A stretch of DNA of 64,000 nucleotides, from the NCBI GenBank assembly GCA_024679065.1, contig JAGIQG010000013.1, positions 36,270,001-36,334,000 on the forward strand. The letters run 5' to 3'. Below the pieces are notes generated by a model that worked only from the letters and a program-made list of their open reading frames with translations, ran no database searches and had not been told where the DNA came from. This DNA is from Sphyrna mokarran. Its lineage: Eukaryota. Made by a program: the position numbers and the translations under genes. Shown one piece after another: positions 13,701 to 28,700 of this stretch (position 1 is its first letter; every line of letters begins with the position of its first letter).

Positions 13701-16700
13701 AATATGCAAGGAGCTGAAATTCAATACAAATGAGTGATTCTAAATGATTCCATCTGCTCATTGATATCAACTTCTACATTATGTTTAAGTGCACATTTGG
13801 AGATGCCAAAAGTTGCTTTCAGTTTTAAGCAGTAATAACGGTGACACTGACAGCTCCGCTGTTAATACTAACACAAATTGCAGACTAAGTTGTCCAGAAT
13901 GTAATCAAACAAAAGACTTAAGATAAAAGCTTGCACTGAAAAAGTGAGAGGTAATTCATACTGCACATAACCATGTTACAAGGAAAATCTGGCATTTAAA
14001 AGTTTGTATTAAATAATTTTTAAAAAGCTATTCTAGAAAGCACTCTAATTCCGATATCACAACTAAAGAACAAATAATTGCAATTGACAAACCCATGCAA
14101 GTGGTCCAATCATCCTGCGCTGCTGTATTATCATGCTGCCCCCAGTACTGGCAAAAGCACTGCATCAAAGAAGGTAGCATATGTAACTCATGGAGCATAG
14201 AGACTTCTAATAAGATAATTTCCTGCATCACCAATGGCAAAGGGAGCTAGGAAGAAAGTTAAGAAATCATATCTCAAAAGGTAGTGATCTCAGGATTACT
14301 ACCTGTGACCTTTACAAATCAGAGTAGAAATGACAGGATATATCAGATAAATATGTGGCTGAAGAGATGATGTCAGCAGGAGGGTTTCAGATTCCCGGAA
14401 CATTGGGATTGGTTCTGGGGGAGGTGGGACCTGTACAGATTGGACGGATTACACTCCAACAGGATTGGGACTGATGCCCTGGGGGACTGTTGGCTACAGC
14501 GATTGGGGAGGGTTTAAATTAAAAAGGCAGGGGATGGGAACCTACGTAAGGGGTCAGAGAAGGAGAGAGCAAGGACAAAAGTAAAAAGGTAGAAAGAATA
14601 AAGAAAAGTGATAGGCAGAGAAACCAGAGACAAAGTTCAAATAGGGCTATAGAAAAAAATGGGAACAAGGAAAACAATGTTAAAAAGACAAGTTTAAAGG
14701 CTCTGTGTCTTAATACGTGGAACATTTGCAATAAAATGGATCAACTAACCGCACAGATAAATATAAGCGAGTATATGATATAATTGGGATTACAGAGACA
14801 TGGCTACAGAATAACCAGAGGTGGGAATTGAATGTCCCAGGTATTCAATAGTTAGAAAGGAGAGGCATAAAGTGAGCCTGCACACAAAAGTGGGAGAGAG
14901 CCTGCAACCAGAGTGAGTTTCAGCCAGTGAGAGCATCGGAAAGTTGGAGCTGAGTGAGAATTCAGTACAGAGGGGAAAGAGGTGTAATCTTCAGGAGAAG
15001 CAGACCTGCGGGGGAGACTGGAAGGCAAGTAAGAGGTAAAAGGAAATCAACCCGTGCCATCATAGCCAGCAGGTTAAGTGATTGGTTGGTAGTTGGTAAG
15101 TAGTTTTTTTCTTTTATTTCAGTCTTAGCATTTAGTTGTTGTTGTACACTACAGTAGTGTTTCTGTGTAATTTCTGTGGTTTATAGTTTGTGAAGATTAC
15201 ATTCAGTAGTAAGGAGGAGCAGAAAAGGGCTCGAGAGTATTGGATAAAACTTGAAACAAAATCTCTCTCAAAAATTTAAATTAAAAGGGTAAATCATGAC
15301 AGGAGCTCCAAGCTGTGGTTCATTCCTCTTGTTCCATGTGACAGGCTGAGGACAGTTCCAGTCCACAGGGTCAGCATGTGTGTAGGAAGTGTCCCCACTT
15401 ACAGCTCCTGGAAGCTCGAGTTTGAGAGCTGGAGTGGTGACTGGAGACATTGTGGTGCATTTGTAAATCAGAGTATCGTGAATAGTATATATAGACAGGT
15501 GGTGACACTGCAGGATCAGGCACCACAGGCAGGAATGGGATGGATGACCAAACAGGACAAGAGAGATTGGCAGGTAGTACAGGAATCTCCTATAGCCATT
15601 CCCCTGCAAACAGGTATACTGCTTTGGATAGTGTTGAGGAGAATGACCTCTTAGGGGAAAGCAACCAAGCATCAGCCAAGTTGTTACACCATGGTTGGTT
15701 CTGCTGCAGAGGCGAAGGGTACAAAGCATGCCAATGCAATAGTTATAGGGAATTCAACCGTAAGGGGGATAGATAGATGTTTCTATGGCCGCAAACAAGA
15801 CTCCAGGATGATATGTTACCTCCCTGGTGCTAGAATCAAGGATGTCATAGAATAGGTACAGGACATTCTGGAGGGGGGAGGGTGTACAGCCAGTGGTCAT
15901 GGTACACATCAGTTTAAAAAAAAAGGGATGAGGCTCTAAAAGCAGAATACAGGGAGCAAGTAAGAAAGTTAAGAACTCAGACTTCAAAAGGTAGTGATCT
16001 CAGGATTATTACTGGTGCCACGTGTTAGTCAAAGTAGAAATGATATGTATCGTATAAATACATGGCTGAAGAGATGGCGTCAGGGGAAGGGTATCAGATT
16101 CCTGGGGTATTGGGTTCAGTTCTGGGGGAAGTGGGAACTGTACAAGTTGGATGAGTTCTTCGGCAGGACTGGAACTGATTTCCTAGGGGGACTGTTTGCT
16201 AGAGTGGGAGCGTTTAAACTAATATGCTAGAGGGGTGGGAACCCTACATAAGAAGTCAGAGATGGAGGGCGCAAGGACAAAAACAAAAAAGGTAGAAAAA
16301 AGAATAAGTGTGATAGATAGAGAAACCAAAAGGACAAAGTTCAAACAGGTTATAGAAAAAAATATTGGAGCAATGTAAATAATGTTAAAAAGACAAGCTT
16401 CAAGGCTCTGTGCCTTAATGCACAGAGCATTTGTAATAAAGTGAATGCACTAAATCACACAGATAGATGTAAATGGGTACAATACAATTGGGATTATGGA
16501 GACATGGCTGCAGGATGACCAGGGGTGGAAACTGAATGTCCCAGGATATTCAACATATAAGGATAGGCTTAAAGGAAAAGGTGGTGGAGCGACACTGCTG
16601 GTTAAAAAGAGGAAATTAATACAATAATGAGAAAGGATATTGATTCTGACAATGCAGAGTCTGTGTGGGTAAAGTTGAGAAATACCAAGAGGCAAAAATA

Positions 16701-19700
16701 TTATCAAGTGTCATATATAGACATCCAAACTGCAGAGATGTTGGAATGACATTAAATATGAAATTAGAGATGCATGTGATAATGGAATATCAGTGATCAT
16801 GCGTAATTTTAATCTGCACATAGATTGGCAAATCAAATTAGGCACAATGCTATGAAGGAGGAATTCCTGGAGTTCATAAGGGATGGTTTTCTTGACCAGT
16901 ATGTAGAGGAATCAACGAGAGGGCAAACCATCTTAGGCTAGGTCCTATATAACGAGAAGGGAATCATTGCCAATCAAGCTGTACAAGACCCTTTGGGGAT
17001 GAGCAACCATAACATGATACAATTCTTTATCAAGATGGAAAGTGAAGTAGTTGATTTGGAGACTAGGCTGCTGAATCTTAAAGTAAACTAAGAAGATATG
17101 AGACATGAGTTGGCCTTGATAGAATGGAGAGCGTTACTTAAAGGGATGACAGTGAATAGGAAATGGCAAACATTCAAGGAATGCATGGGGGAACAGCAGC
17201 AACTGTTTATTCCTGTCTGGCACAAAAGCAAAATGGGTAAGAGGGCCAATCCATGGCTTACAAAGGAAATTAGAGAGAGTATCTGATCCAAGGAAAAAGC
17301 ATACAGATTGGCCAAGAAAAATAATAGGTCTGAGGATTGGGAACAGTTTAGAATTCAGCAAAGGAGGACCAAGAGAGATTGATTAAGGGGAAAATACAGT
17401 CAAAAGTAAGCTTGCAGGGAACATAAAATCTGATACTAAAAGAGTTTCTATAGATACGTGAAAAGAGGGTGAAAACAAACAAGGGTCCTCTACAAATAAA
17501 CAGGGGAATGTATAATAGAGGACAAAGAAATGGCCAAGCAACTGAATACCTACTTTGGTTCTGTCTTCACAAAAGAGAAAACAAATCAAATGTCAGAAAT
17601 GTTGGAGGATGCAAGATTTAGTGAGGGGGAAGAACGGAGAGATCAATATTACTAGAGAAATGGTGCTGGGAAAATTGATGGCACTGAAGATAGATAAATC
17701 CCCAGAGCCTGATGATCAATATCCTAGAGAACTTAAGGAAATGGCTTGAGAAAGAGTGGATGCATTGATGGTCATCTTCCAGAATTTTATAGACTCTGCA
17801 ATAGTCCCTGCAGATTGGAGAGAGCGAATGTCATTCTAATATTCACAAAGGGAGGTAGAGAGAAAATGGGGAATTATAGATCAGTAAGCTTAACATCGGT
17901 CATGAAGAAAATTCGTGAATCCATTATCAAAGACATTATAGCAGAGTATTTAAAAAGCAGTGGTAGCATTACACAGATACAGCATGGATTTATGTAGTTG
18001 ATGAGGTCACACCTAGAGTATTGTGTGCAGTTTTGGCTCCTATTAGGAAGCATGTTTTTGTTCTTGAGAAAGTGCTGTGAAAGTTTACTAGGCTGATTCT
18101 GGGGATGGCGGGATTGACGTAGGAGGAGAGATTGACTAGATCAAGATTGCTTTTGTTCGAGTTCAGATAAATGAAGGGGATCTCAGAGACTTATAAAATT
18201 CCTAACAGGATTAAATAGGGTAGATGTAAGGAGGACATTCTGAAATGATTGGAGTCCAGGACCAGGGGTCACAGTCTGAGGATTTGGGATAGACCATTTA
18301 GGATGGAGGTGAGGAGACATTTCTTCACCGAAGGAGTGGTGAACCTGTGGAATTCATCACCACAGGAAGTAGTGATGCCAAAACATTGAATGTATTCAAG
18401 AGGCAACTGGATATAGCACTTGGGGGAAAAAGCAGGATTAGGCTATTGAGTTGGATGATCAGCCATGATCGTAATGAATGGTGGAGCAGGCATGAAGGGC
18501 CTATCTACTTTGTTTCTAAATGATCACAGAGATAGTGTAGGATCCACAAGATTTTATTCAGGTTGTAAGAGGACTGACAATCCTGCTCTATATGATGCCA
18601 CTATATGATGAGTGGAGATTATGAAGCCAATATTTACTCCTGCAATCACTGCTGCTCCATTGCTGAACACAATGGGTGGAATTTTCCCAGAAAAATTCTA
18701 AGTGCCAAATTTGCCTGAAAACTGACATATAGTTCTTCCTTTTTTTTTTAAGAAAGGTGGGAGTTCAGAAAAGAAAATTCCACACATCGTGCACTCCAGG
18801 GGCCACAAGCATGAATATCATTAAATTTCAGGGAGCAGGGCCTGTTCCCACTAGAGAGGCTGAAATCACAGGTTGCTGCACATGCATTGATTCTCAGTGC
18901 CATGATCAGTGCATGCGCAGTGGCCCCACACTGACTGCCGCCCAACTGCTGGTCAGTTCCGCCACCCCCACAATGCCATCTCTCCACTCCCTCACAGCCC
19001 GATCCCTCCCCCTGGCTCACCACAGACCAAGCCAACTGACCTTCCTGCCTCCCCCAATGATCCCTATGCTGAGTGGTTGAGATACCCAAACAATTGCTCC
19101 CCGAGGCCCTGCCCCCATCACACCCTGACCTCAAGGCCCCTCCATATGCCCCACCTCCTTAGCACTGCCCCATGCCCAATGAGCAGGGCCAAGGTGCTCC
19201 CTGGGCAATCATATTTTGCCCCTTGTGCAATGCCAAAGGCTCAGGCTGGCCAGGATGCCATTGCGCAGGAGGCAACCTCCCATTGCCCAACTTCACTTCA
19301 CTCCAGTGGAATCTGTATTAGCTCCACAAAAGTAGAAAGTTACTGTAATTTTGGCTCAAGTGAAATACTCTAACAAGTAGAAGATGCTAGTGGGCCTGGA
19401 GACTTCAGTCCCTGTCCCACTAATTGTATTTAAATTATATTATTATAATTACATAAATGATCTTTGTGCCTCCCCACTGATTTCCAGAGCAGAAAAACGC
19501 TGCTGGAAATCAGGACTTTGAGACATAAGTGGTTGCAAATGGTCATGGGAGCCCCATGCGACAATCTCCTGGCCCACTGCACTAAAAATTAGCACGTGGG
19601 ATGGGAGAATCACAGCTAACATCCAGACCAGTAGACTTTGCTAATAACAGAAAGGACATTATCACACCTGCTCAGATAATGGCATAAATAGTACCACATG

Positions 19701-22700
19701 AGACTCACTCAACCACCTGCAAATTTTATGTTGAATGAGTGGCGTGCACCTAACCATAAATCACATGAAATAGCAGAAAACTTTCAGCATGCATCACAAC
19801 ATCTTCGCCCTTGACTGCAACATTACAGTCAGCGAATGCACATGAGCATCAGAAGTGCGTCCGACAATTAAACAGGCAAGTAAGTCCATTAACAATGCAA
19901 TATATTCAATTTTTTTCTCACCTGCACAATTTAGTACTTGTTGCATGAGCAACATGAGCTTTTTCTTCCCCTTCATTTCTCAACCAGGGATGGGGAAAAA
20001 AAAGACCAGAGCATTGGATGTAAGTATTGTTAAGAACAGCACAGTGGTTAGCACTACTGCTTCACAGCACGAGGGCCAAAGGTTTGAATTCCAGCTCAGG
20101 TCACTATGTGTGGAGTTTGCACATTCTCCCCTTGTCTGCATGGGTTTCTTCCAGGTGCTCCAGTTTCCTCCGCATGCCAAAGACATGCAAGTTAAGTGGA
20201 TTGGTAATGCTAAGTGTCGGAGGGTCTAGCTGGGGTAAATGCATGATGTTATGGGGATAGGGTCTGGGTGGGATTGTAGTCAGTGCAGACTCTTTGGGCT
20301 CAATTGGCCTCCTTCTGCACAGTAAGTTTCTATGGTCCATGGTGCAAAAGCTCAGATGAGAGTTTTCTGCTGCTCTCATGTTGAGATTTCACACCTTTTC
20401 TTGTAGTTTCTGCTGAAGCATTTGGATTGTTAGCTTTGTTTTGAGGACTCATTAGTTTTCGGAGGATTTTTGCTACATGTACCTTTCAGAGCAAGAGATA
20501 ATGCCATCTGCATTTCAGCAGACAGAGATTTTGCATTCCCCTGGTGAAGATTAAGAAGGGAGAGGTGGTGTTTGCAGGCAGCACGCAGGGTAAAACCTGT
20601 TGGAAGAGAGGCATAGGCATGGTGGGCGCAAAGCCAGCAGCAACAGCATGGTGCAGATACTGTAGAAGACACCACTATCCTACTGCCAGAACGTACAGGC
20701 AGAGATTTAGCTACCTCAACATGTTTAAGGTCCAGTGCTACAGAGGCTCTGCCTCTCTAGGGATACTTAGATATCCATATGCTAGATAATTGAGCCTCTG
20801 AGTGTGTATAGGGGAACAGTGGCTGTAAAAGTCATAGTAGCCATTAACATTTTAACATCCAGATCTTTCCAGGGTGTCACTAGGAGATCGATGTGCAATG
20901 TCCCAATCAATTGTCCATAGTTCCATCAAGCCAGACACCAAGGCTCTCTTCAGATGGGTCCTCACATTCATTCATTAATGGGCAGATGAAGCCAATCAAG
21001 CTGAGTGAGCCAAATGCTTTGCAGCAATTATTGTGTTCGTCAACATCCATGGTGCCATAGACTGCACTTATACAGCTATTGAGGGGACAGTGGATCAGCC
21101 AGGTGCCTTTGTGAAAAGAAAGGACTTACACTCCCATGATGTGCAGATAGTATCTGACCATAAAACTCATTCTTCAAGACTGTGCAACTTACACTGGCAG
21201 ATGACACGGTGCATACATCTTGCAACACTTGAGATATCAAGGTTGATCATGAATCCAGCTTAGTTCTATGGTTGGCTGCTGGGTGACAAAGGATATCCTC
21301 AGAAAAGGCAACTCATGATAGCACTCCACAAGGACATAGGCAGGAGAGAGATACAACAGGAGTCATGCCTCCACAAAAGGTGGTGGCTGAGAGGACCATT
21401 GTGCTACTAAAGATGGGGTTCTGCTTCCTGGACAGATCAGGGAGTGTGCACTGCTTCATCCTCCAGAGTGATATAACTGGTGTATGCTGCTTCACTATTC
21501 TCATCCTCCAGGGGTTGCCACAATCTGGCTCTTATAAGTGTGGTTATGAGTTACAAAAGTTACCAGCTTCAAGTGTGTGACGCCCTGGATATGATGTTGG
21601 CAAAAGAGTAATAAATTTGTTAGGCCAGGAGAAAGATGAATGTCATACTATTTTCAGATGACATCCTTCATTCTCTGATTTCCACAGAATTCTGTTGACA
21701 CACCTTGCAGTTGTGCAGATTCTCTTTTGCCCAGTACCTCCACTTTGGAAAAAGAAATGGGTCTTTGCAGGAAAGGACTCTTTTCAAGATGTCCCTCTTT
21801 TCATTTCTCACACACAGACGAAACTGCTACCTCCTACTTCATAACGTGGTTCAAAAATTGAGCTTAAAGGAGGTTCTAGATTTATTCACACCTAGAAAAT
21901 TTCTTTAAGACAGCACAGAATAATAGTAACTAGAAAATATTTCAGCACAGAAATATATCCCTATTTTAATTTAACATTTTAGTGGAACCAAAATGATTTT
22001 TAGCACAAAGGCTATGAGTTTTGGTTTGTGTAAAATAACAACTTTATCATCCTAATTTAAAAAACTTAAAGGAATCTACAGGCTCCAATTGCATTTATTT
22101 TTATTACAACGGATTCTGTTTAAATTTCTTGTGGTAATTCAGTTTAGACAGAAAATCAAATTTGGAAAGCAATGGTTCTCACTGTTGAAAGTGACCACCT
22201 GGGTTAGGGGGTTAGTCTGTCACCAATGAATATCACCCTACTCACTACTGTGCTGTCCAAAATTAATGTCAAAACTATAAATACAAACACAGGAGAATGC
22301 TGTCACTTAACAGATTCAACAATGTGTTTCTGCATTTAACGTGACCAAAAAATTGAGAGATAACATTGCTGGGCCTCTGACGCAAATCTTCGTCTCTTCT
22401 TTGGACACAGGTGAGGTCCCAGAGGACTGGAGGATTGCAAATGTAGTACCGTTGTTTAAAAAGGGTCAGAGGGATAACCCAGGGAACTATAGGCCGGTGA
22501 GCTTGACTTCAGTTATAGGTAAGCTAATGGAGAGGATCCTCAGGGACAGGATGTATGAGCATCTGGAGCGCTGCAATCTGATCAGGGATACGCAGCATGG
22601 CTTCGTTAAGGGGAGGTCGTGCCTTACGAATCTAGTGGAATTTTTTGAAGAGGTGACAAAAACGGTTGATGAAGGACAAGCCGTTGATGTCGTCTACATG

Positions 22701-25700
22701 GATTTCAGTAAGGCGTTTGACAAGGTTCCCCATGGTAGGCTGATAAAAAAGGTGAAGGCGCATGGGATACAGGGCCAGGTATGTAGATGGGTTGAGAACT
22801 GGCTTGGGAGGAGGAGACAGCGGGTAGTAGTGGAAGGCTCTTTTTCCAACTGGAGGTCAGTCACTAGTGGTGTGCCACAGGGCTCAGTACTAGGACCTCT
22901 TCTATTTGTGATTTATATAAATGACTTGGAAGAGGGGGTAGGTGGTGTGATCAGCAAATTTGCTGATGACACTAAGATACTTGGATTGGCGGGGACTGAG
23001 GAGCAGTGCCAGGCAATACAACAGGACATAGATAGGCTGGTAGATTGGGCAGATAGATGGCAAATGGAATTTAATCTGGATAAATGTGAGGTGATGCATT
23101 TTGGCCGGGATAACGTAGAGGGGAGTTATAGGATAAAAGGTAAAACTATCCGGAGCATAGAGACGCAGAGAGACCTGGGGGTGTAGGTTCACAAGTCTCT
23201 GAAGGTGTCAGTACAGGTGGAAAAAGTGATAAAGAAAGCGTATGGTATGTTAGCCTTCATAGGAAGGGGTATAGAATACAAGAGTAGGAGTTTGATGTTG
23301 CAAGTGTATAGAACGTTGGTTAGGCCTCACTTGGAGTACTGCGTCCAGTTCTGGTCGCCGTACTACCGGAAGGATGTGGAGTCCCTGGAGAGAGTGCAGA
23401 GGAGATTTACCAGGATGCTGCCTGGTATGGAAGGGCTGTCTTACGAGGAAAGGTTGAACGCACTGGGGTTGTTTTCCCTTGAAAGACGTCAGCTGAGAGG
23501 GGATCTATTAGAGGTATATAAGATTATGAGGGGTATAGATAGAGTAAATGGTGGTAAGCTTTTTCCACCATTAGATTCGGATAGAACGAGAGGTCATGGC
23601 CTTAGGGTGAGGGGGGCTATGTATAAGACTAATATTAGAGGGCATTTTTTCACACAAAGGGTAGTGGGGGTGGGGAACACACTACCGAGTAAGGTGATGG
23701 GAGCAGGCACGCTAGGGTTGTTTAAGGGTCTCTTGGACAGCCACATGAGCGGTCTGCAGATAGAGGGACATAGGAGGACTGTTTAAATACTTTAATTGTT
23801 TCCACAGGCTGTTTGGTCCACCTTGTTGACCAACAAGGTGCATGCATTCGGCAGGTCGTGCGAGGGCTGCTCCTGGATGTTACTTCAGGAGTGGCCTAGT
23901 GCTTCATGTCGTTAGTGTATGCTTAAACTGGACCATCAAATGGGCAACATGACAGCTCAGAGACTATCGCTGTTGCTGTGCAGACACATGGATTTGGGCC
24001 TGTGTCTGCGGGAGTTTGCGCGTTCTCCCCGTGGTTGCGTGGGTTTTCTCCGGGTGCTCCGGGTTCCTCCCACATCCCAAAAATGTGCTCTTAGGCTGAT
24101 TGGGTAACAAATTGTCCCTATATTGGTCTCTATATGTCATTAAGACGTTAGGATGGCGGCGCGGGCTCGTTGGGCCGAAGGGCCTGTTTCCCGTGCTGTG
24201 TTGTTCTTTGTTCAAACATTTTAGCATGAATCACATTTTGTTAACATATCTTTGTGAAATGATTTTATTGTAAAGCAAAGAGATGAAGATATATACCGTA
24301 ATCAGATAAAGTGCAAACAAGATATCTGATAACTGTACCCTTCAAGAATGGAGGGAAAAAAATTTGGAGGTGGTTGTTAAACGTTAATGAGAAATAAGAC
24401 TGTACACAAACCAGTGATGGAAGAAAGGGTGCAAGGATTCCTCCCAATCTGGAAGACATGGAACAAATGCCCAATCCAACATTCCTGTGGAGAAACAAGA
24501 ACAAAATGATTCAAAATTCTGAAATTTAAAATCTCAAATGAAGGTGCAAAGTGGCTCAGCATCAGCTTTTATTTTTGAGAAAATCTCAAAAGAGACTAGC
24601 ACATTATTAGTAACAAATACTTCAGAATTTCTGACAAATTAAAATGTTTGGACAGGGGAGTTCTGCTTTCATGTTTTGAATCCTTGAAAAATTGCTGAAA
24701 ATGAATAGAAATCTAGACTTTTCTCTTAAGAAACTGCAGATTATAAGCTCAAATGCAACAGCAATGAAGCAAAAGTTCAAAGCAATTCTCTAGTTTGTTA
24801 CCATTTAAAAGTCAAATATATAATAAAATTTATATTAAGATATGTAATAGGTTGATTTTGAAATGATTCTTAACTGAAAAATTCAAGAAAAAAAGGCCTA
24901 TCCAAAACTGTGTACAAGTGGGATTATCAAAAATACATGCTACATGGGAGGCAATAGCAAGTATCTTTTAGACAATAAGGCATAGGAACAAAATGAGGCC
25001 ACTCAGCCCACCGAGTCTGCTCCACTATTCAAACATGGTTGATATTTTTCTCATCACCATTCTCTTACCTTTTCCTCAACTCCTGATCCTCTTATTAATC
25101 AAGAACCATTATTTTAATGACCTTTCAATTATTTCACCAAATTCGTATGGCAATATCATCAACATGCATTCATATTTAACACAGTCAATGCTCCAAAATG
25201 TCTCACTAAAAATGAATTTGACAAATCTAGTAACTTGTGGGCTAGCATTAGAAGATAACCTTGAGATCTACCAGATTATAGAAGCTAATGGTTTATCAAT
25301 TTTCTTCAGGGAAGAGAATTAGCTGCTCTTACCTAGACTAGCCTACATATTATGTCAATCTCACATTACATGATTGATTCTTAATACTTTAGGAAATAAA
25401 TTTGGGATTGCTGTAACAAGCCCAAGACAAGAACACATTTAAAAATTGCACTCGAAAAAGCACAATTGAGAAAATAAGAATACAACTGGGATTCCAAAGG
25501 GATCAGAAGCATATACCAACAATCATTCTTAATGTTTCACACATATCTCAGACTTACCTGACACAGGTAGGATAGAGCTCAGAGGTATAGACATAGACTA
25601 CATTAAATGCAGCACTTATTGATAGTTTACCCAAAATTGAAAAATATTGGCTGTTGACAACAGTATATATTCCAACGCCTGTAAAAGAGAAGCATATCCA

Positions 25701-28700
25701 GTGTGAACTGAGAGAAAATGTTTGGTACGAAATTCTCACAATAAAAAATCCAACCATAGAATCATTATATTCCTACAGTACAGAAGGAGACCATTCAGCC
25801 CATTGAGTCTGCACCTACAATAATGCCACCTAGGCTCCATCCCATAACCCCACATATTTATCTGATCTCTTAATTTACACATCCCGAAACACTAAGGAGC
25901 AATTTATCATGATTAATGCACCAAACAATCCCACCTAGGCTCTATCCCTGAAACCCCACATATTTACCCACTAATCCCATAACCTATACATCCTATGATA
26001 CTGAAGGGCAATTTAACATGACCAATGCACCTAATCTACACATGTTTGGACTGTGGGAGGAAACCCATGCACACACAGGGAGAACGTGCAAACTCCATAT
26101 AGACAGTGACCCAAGCCCAGAATCAAACCTGGGTCCCTGGAGCTGTGGGGCAGCAGTGCTAATCGCTGTGCCATCCAATATAGTGACATGTAGTTTAAGA
26201 GCATGCATTAACTTATGAACAGGAGATTGGATTTAGAAGGGGAAAGGGAGAGGCTCCAAAAAGAAACTTTCAAGGATATTTGGTGACTTGTGCTGAAAGG
26301 TATTAAATATGTGCATGTGAAAAGGATCAGGCTATGACACTCTCCAAAGAGTACGTTGTGGCATCATTGTCTGGATTCAAACAAGACAATGGGTAGAGGC
26401 GTTTCTGAAACGAGAAATTTCAAAAGAAGGAAGAAAATAATAGAACATACAGCAAAAAAACTAAAAAGTTTAACCGTACAAGGGTGAAACCAGACAGCGA
26501 GAAATTTCTTCTTGCAAAGGGTGGTGAATCCCTAAAATTCTTTGCCCCGAATGATTGTGGAGGCTGGATCATTAGAAATATTTAAAGTGGAAGTAGATAG
26601 ATATTTGATAGATTGAGGAATAGAGGGTTATGGGGAAATAGCACAGAAAAGAAGTTGAGGCTTGGATGAACCATGATCATATTGAATGGTGGAGCAGGTT
26701 TGAAGGGCCTAGTTTAATTTAGTTTGTTTATTATTGCCACAAGTAGGTTTACATTAACATTGCAATGAAGTTAGTCTACTGCTTCTATTTTGTGCCTTGA
26801 TTGAAAACACAAAATGGGGAAAAATAGCAAAATAATCCCAGAATGAAATAAATACCAGTCCATAATTTGAGCTCCTCCACGTCAGATTTTTGGTAGGGGA
26901 GGGGAACCCAAAAACGGATTGTGCTAGGCAATCCAGCTTAGACATTTCCAAGGAAAAGCTTGCCGACAGAGCAAACTTCCTCCGGACAATTGTCCTGTAA
27001 TGGGAATAATCCAAAAATATGATTTAAATCACAAACTTTGGCTGGTTCTGCCATGATTGCATCAATAGTTGCCCAGAAACAGTTGGAAGAATTAATATCT
27101 ATTCCAACTTCACAGTAACCATTGTAAATACCCAGACCAATCCCTAAGACTCCCCTCATACCCCCAAACACCCCAAGAGACTTTCCCTCACACCCTCCCA
27201 CCACAGTATGCCCTAAAACCCAGATTACCCCCCCCACCCAATGATTACTCCTGCTCCTGACTGACTTTGATTCACCCTCCAACTCATTAACCCCCTCTCT
27301 TGATCTCTGATCCTCCCCACACCCCGAGCCCAGATTGCATACTTCCCTAATCATCAATCCCCCCCATTCCCATCTCAAAACCTGACCATCTCACCTCTGC
27401 CACACAAACCAGCACACCTATTCACTTGACTTCCCACTTTCCAAGCCCCGTGCTCTAGAACCCCAATCCCTATTCCTGACCTCAGACTTCAACCTCTGAA
27501 GCCCCTATTCCCAACCTCATCATTTCTACACACTCAGCCACCAAAACAGCAAAATACGATTGACTCCTATCTGCCCTCTGAAATGGCCTAACAAGTCATT
27601 CAGTTTGACAATCGCTACAAAGTCAAAGAAATGAGATTGGATGGACCATGGGGCATTGACCTCTGCATCAGAAAAGACAACAGCAAAAACAAACAGCCCT
27701 GTCGACCTGCAAAGTCCTCCTTACTAGCATCTGGAGGCTAGTGCTAAAATTGGATCAGTTGTCTCACAGACTAGTCAATAGCCTGATAGGCATCTGAGAG
27801 GATGCCTGTCTCCAGCCAATTCGATTCACTTCATGTGACAAAGAACAGATGGAAGCACTGGATACTGCAAAGGCAATGGACCCTGATAACATTCCAAAAA
27901 CAGTACTGAAGACTTGTGCTCCAGAACTTGTTGCACCCCTAGCCAAGCTCTTCCAGTACAGTTACAACACTGACACCTACCCAACAATGTGGAAAATTGT
28001 CCAGGTATGTCCTGTTCACAAAAAGCAGAACAAATCCAACCCAGCCAATTACCACCCAGTTTATTCTCAATCAAAGTGATGGAAGTAGGATATCAAACAT
28101 CATCTGCTCAGCAATAATCTGCCCAGTGACGCCCAGTTTGGGTTTTGCCAGGGTCACTCAGCTCTTGACCTTATTAAAGTCTTGGTTCTAACATGGACAA
28201 AAGAGCTGAATTGAGGGGTGAGGTGAGTGACAGTCCTTGAAATCAGGATCACATTTGACCAAGTGTGGCATCAAGGAGCCCTAGTGAAACTGGAATCAAT
28301 AGGTATCAGAGGGCAAACTCTCCATTGGTTGAAATCATACCTGGTACGTAGAAATATGGTAGTGGTTGTGAAGGGTCAGTTATCTCAGCTCCGTGACATC
28401 TCTGCAGAAGTCCCTCAGGGTAGTGTTCTAGGACCAACAATCTTCAGCTGCTTCATCAATGACTTAAGGCCAGAAGTGGGGATATTCACCAATAATTGCA
28501 CAATGTTCACCACCATCTGCAATTCCTCAGATACTGAAGCAGTCCATGTTCAAATGCAACAAGATCTGGACAATATCTAGACTTGGGCTGACAAGTGGCA
28601 AATAACATTCGCACCACACAAATGCCAGGCAATAACCATCACCAAACGAGACACTCTAATCACCACCCCTTAACACTCAATGGTGTAACCATCACTGAAT

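Noticed and set aside
20620-21510. Domesticated HARBI1 gene
   Set aside because: Multiple frameshifts and stops; it is a transposon relic.
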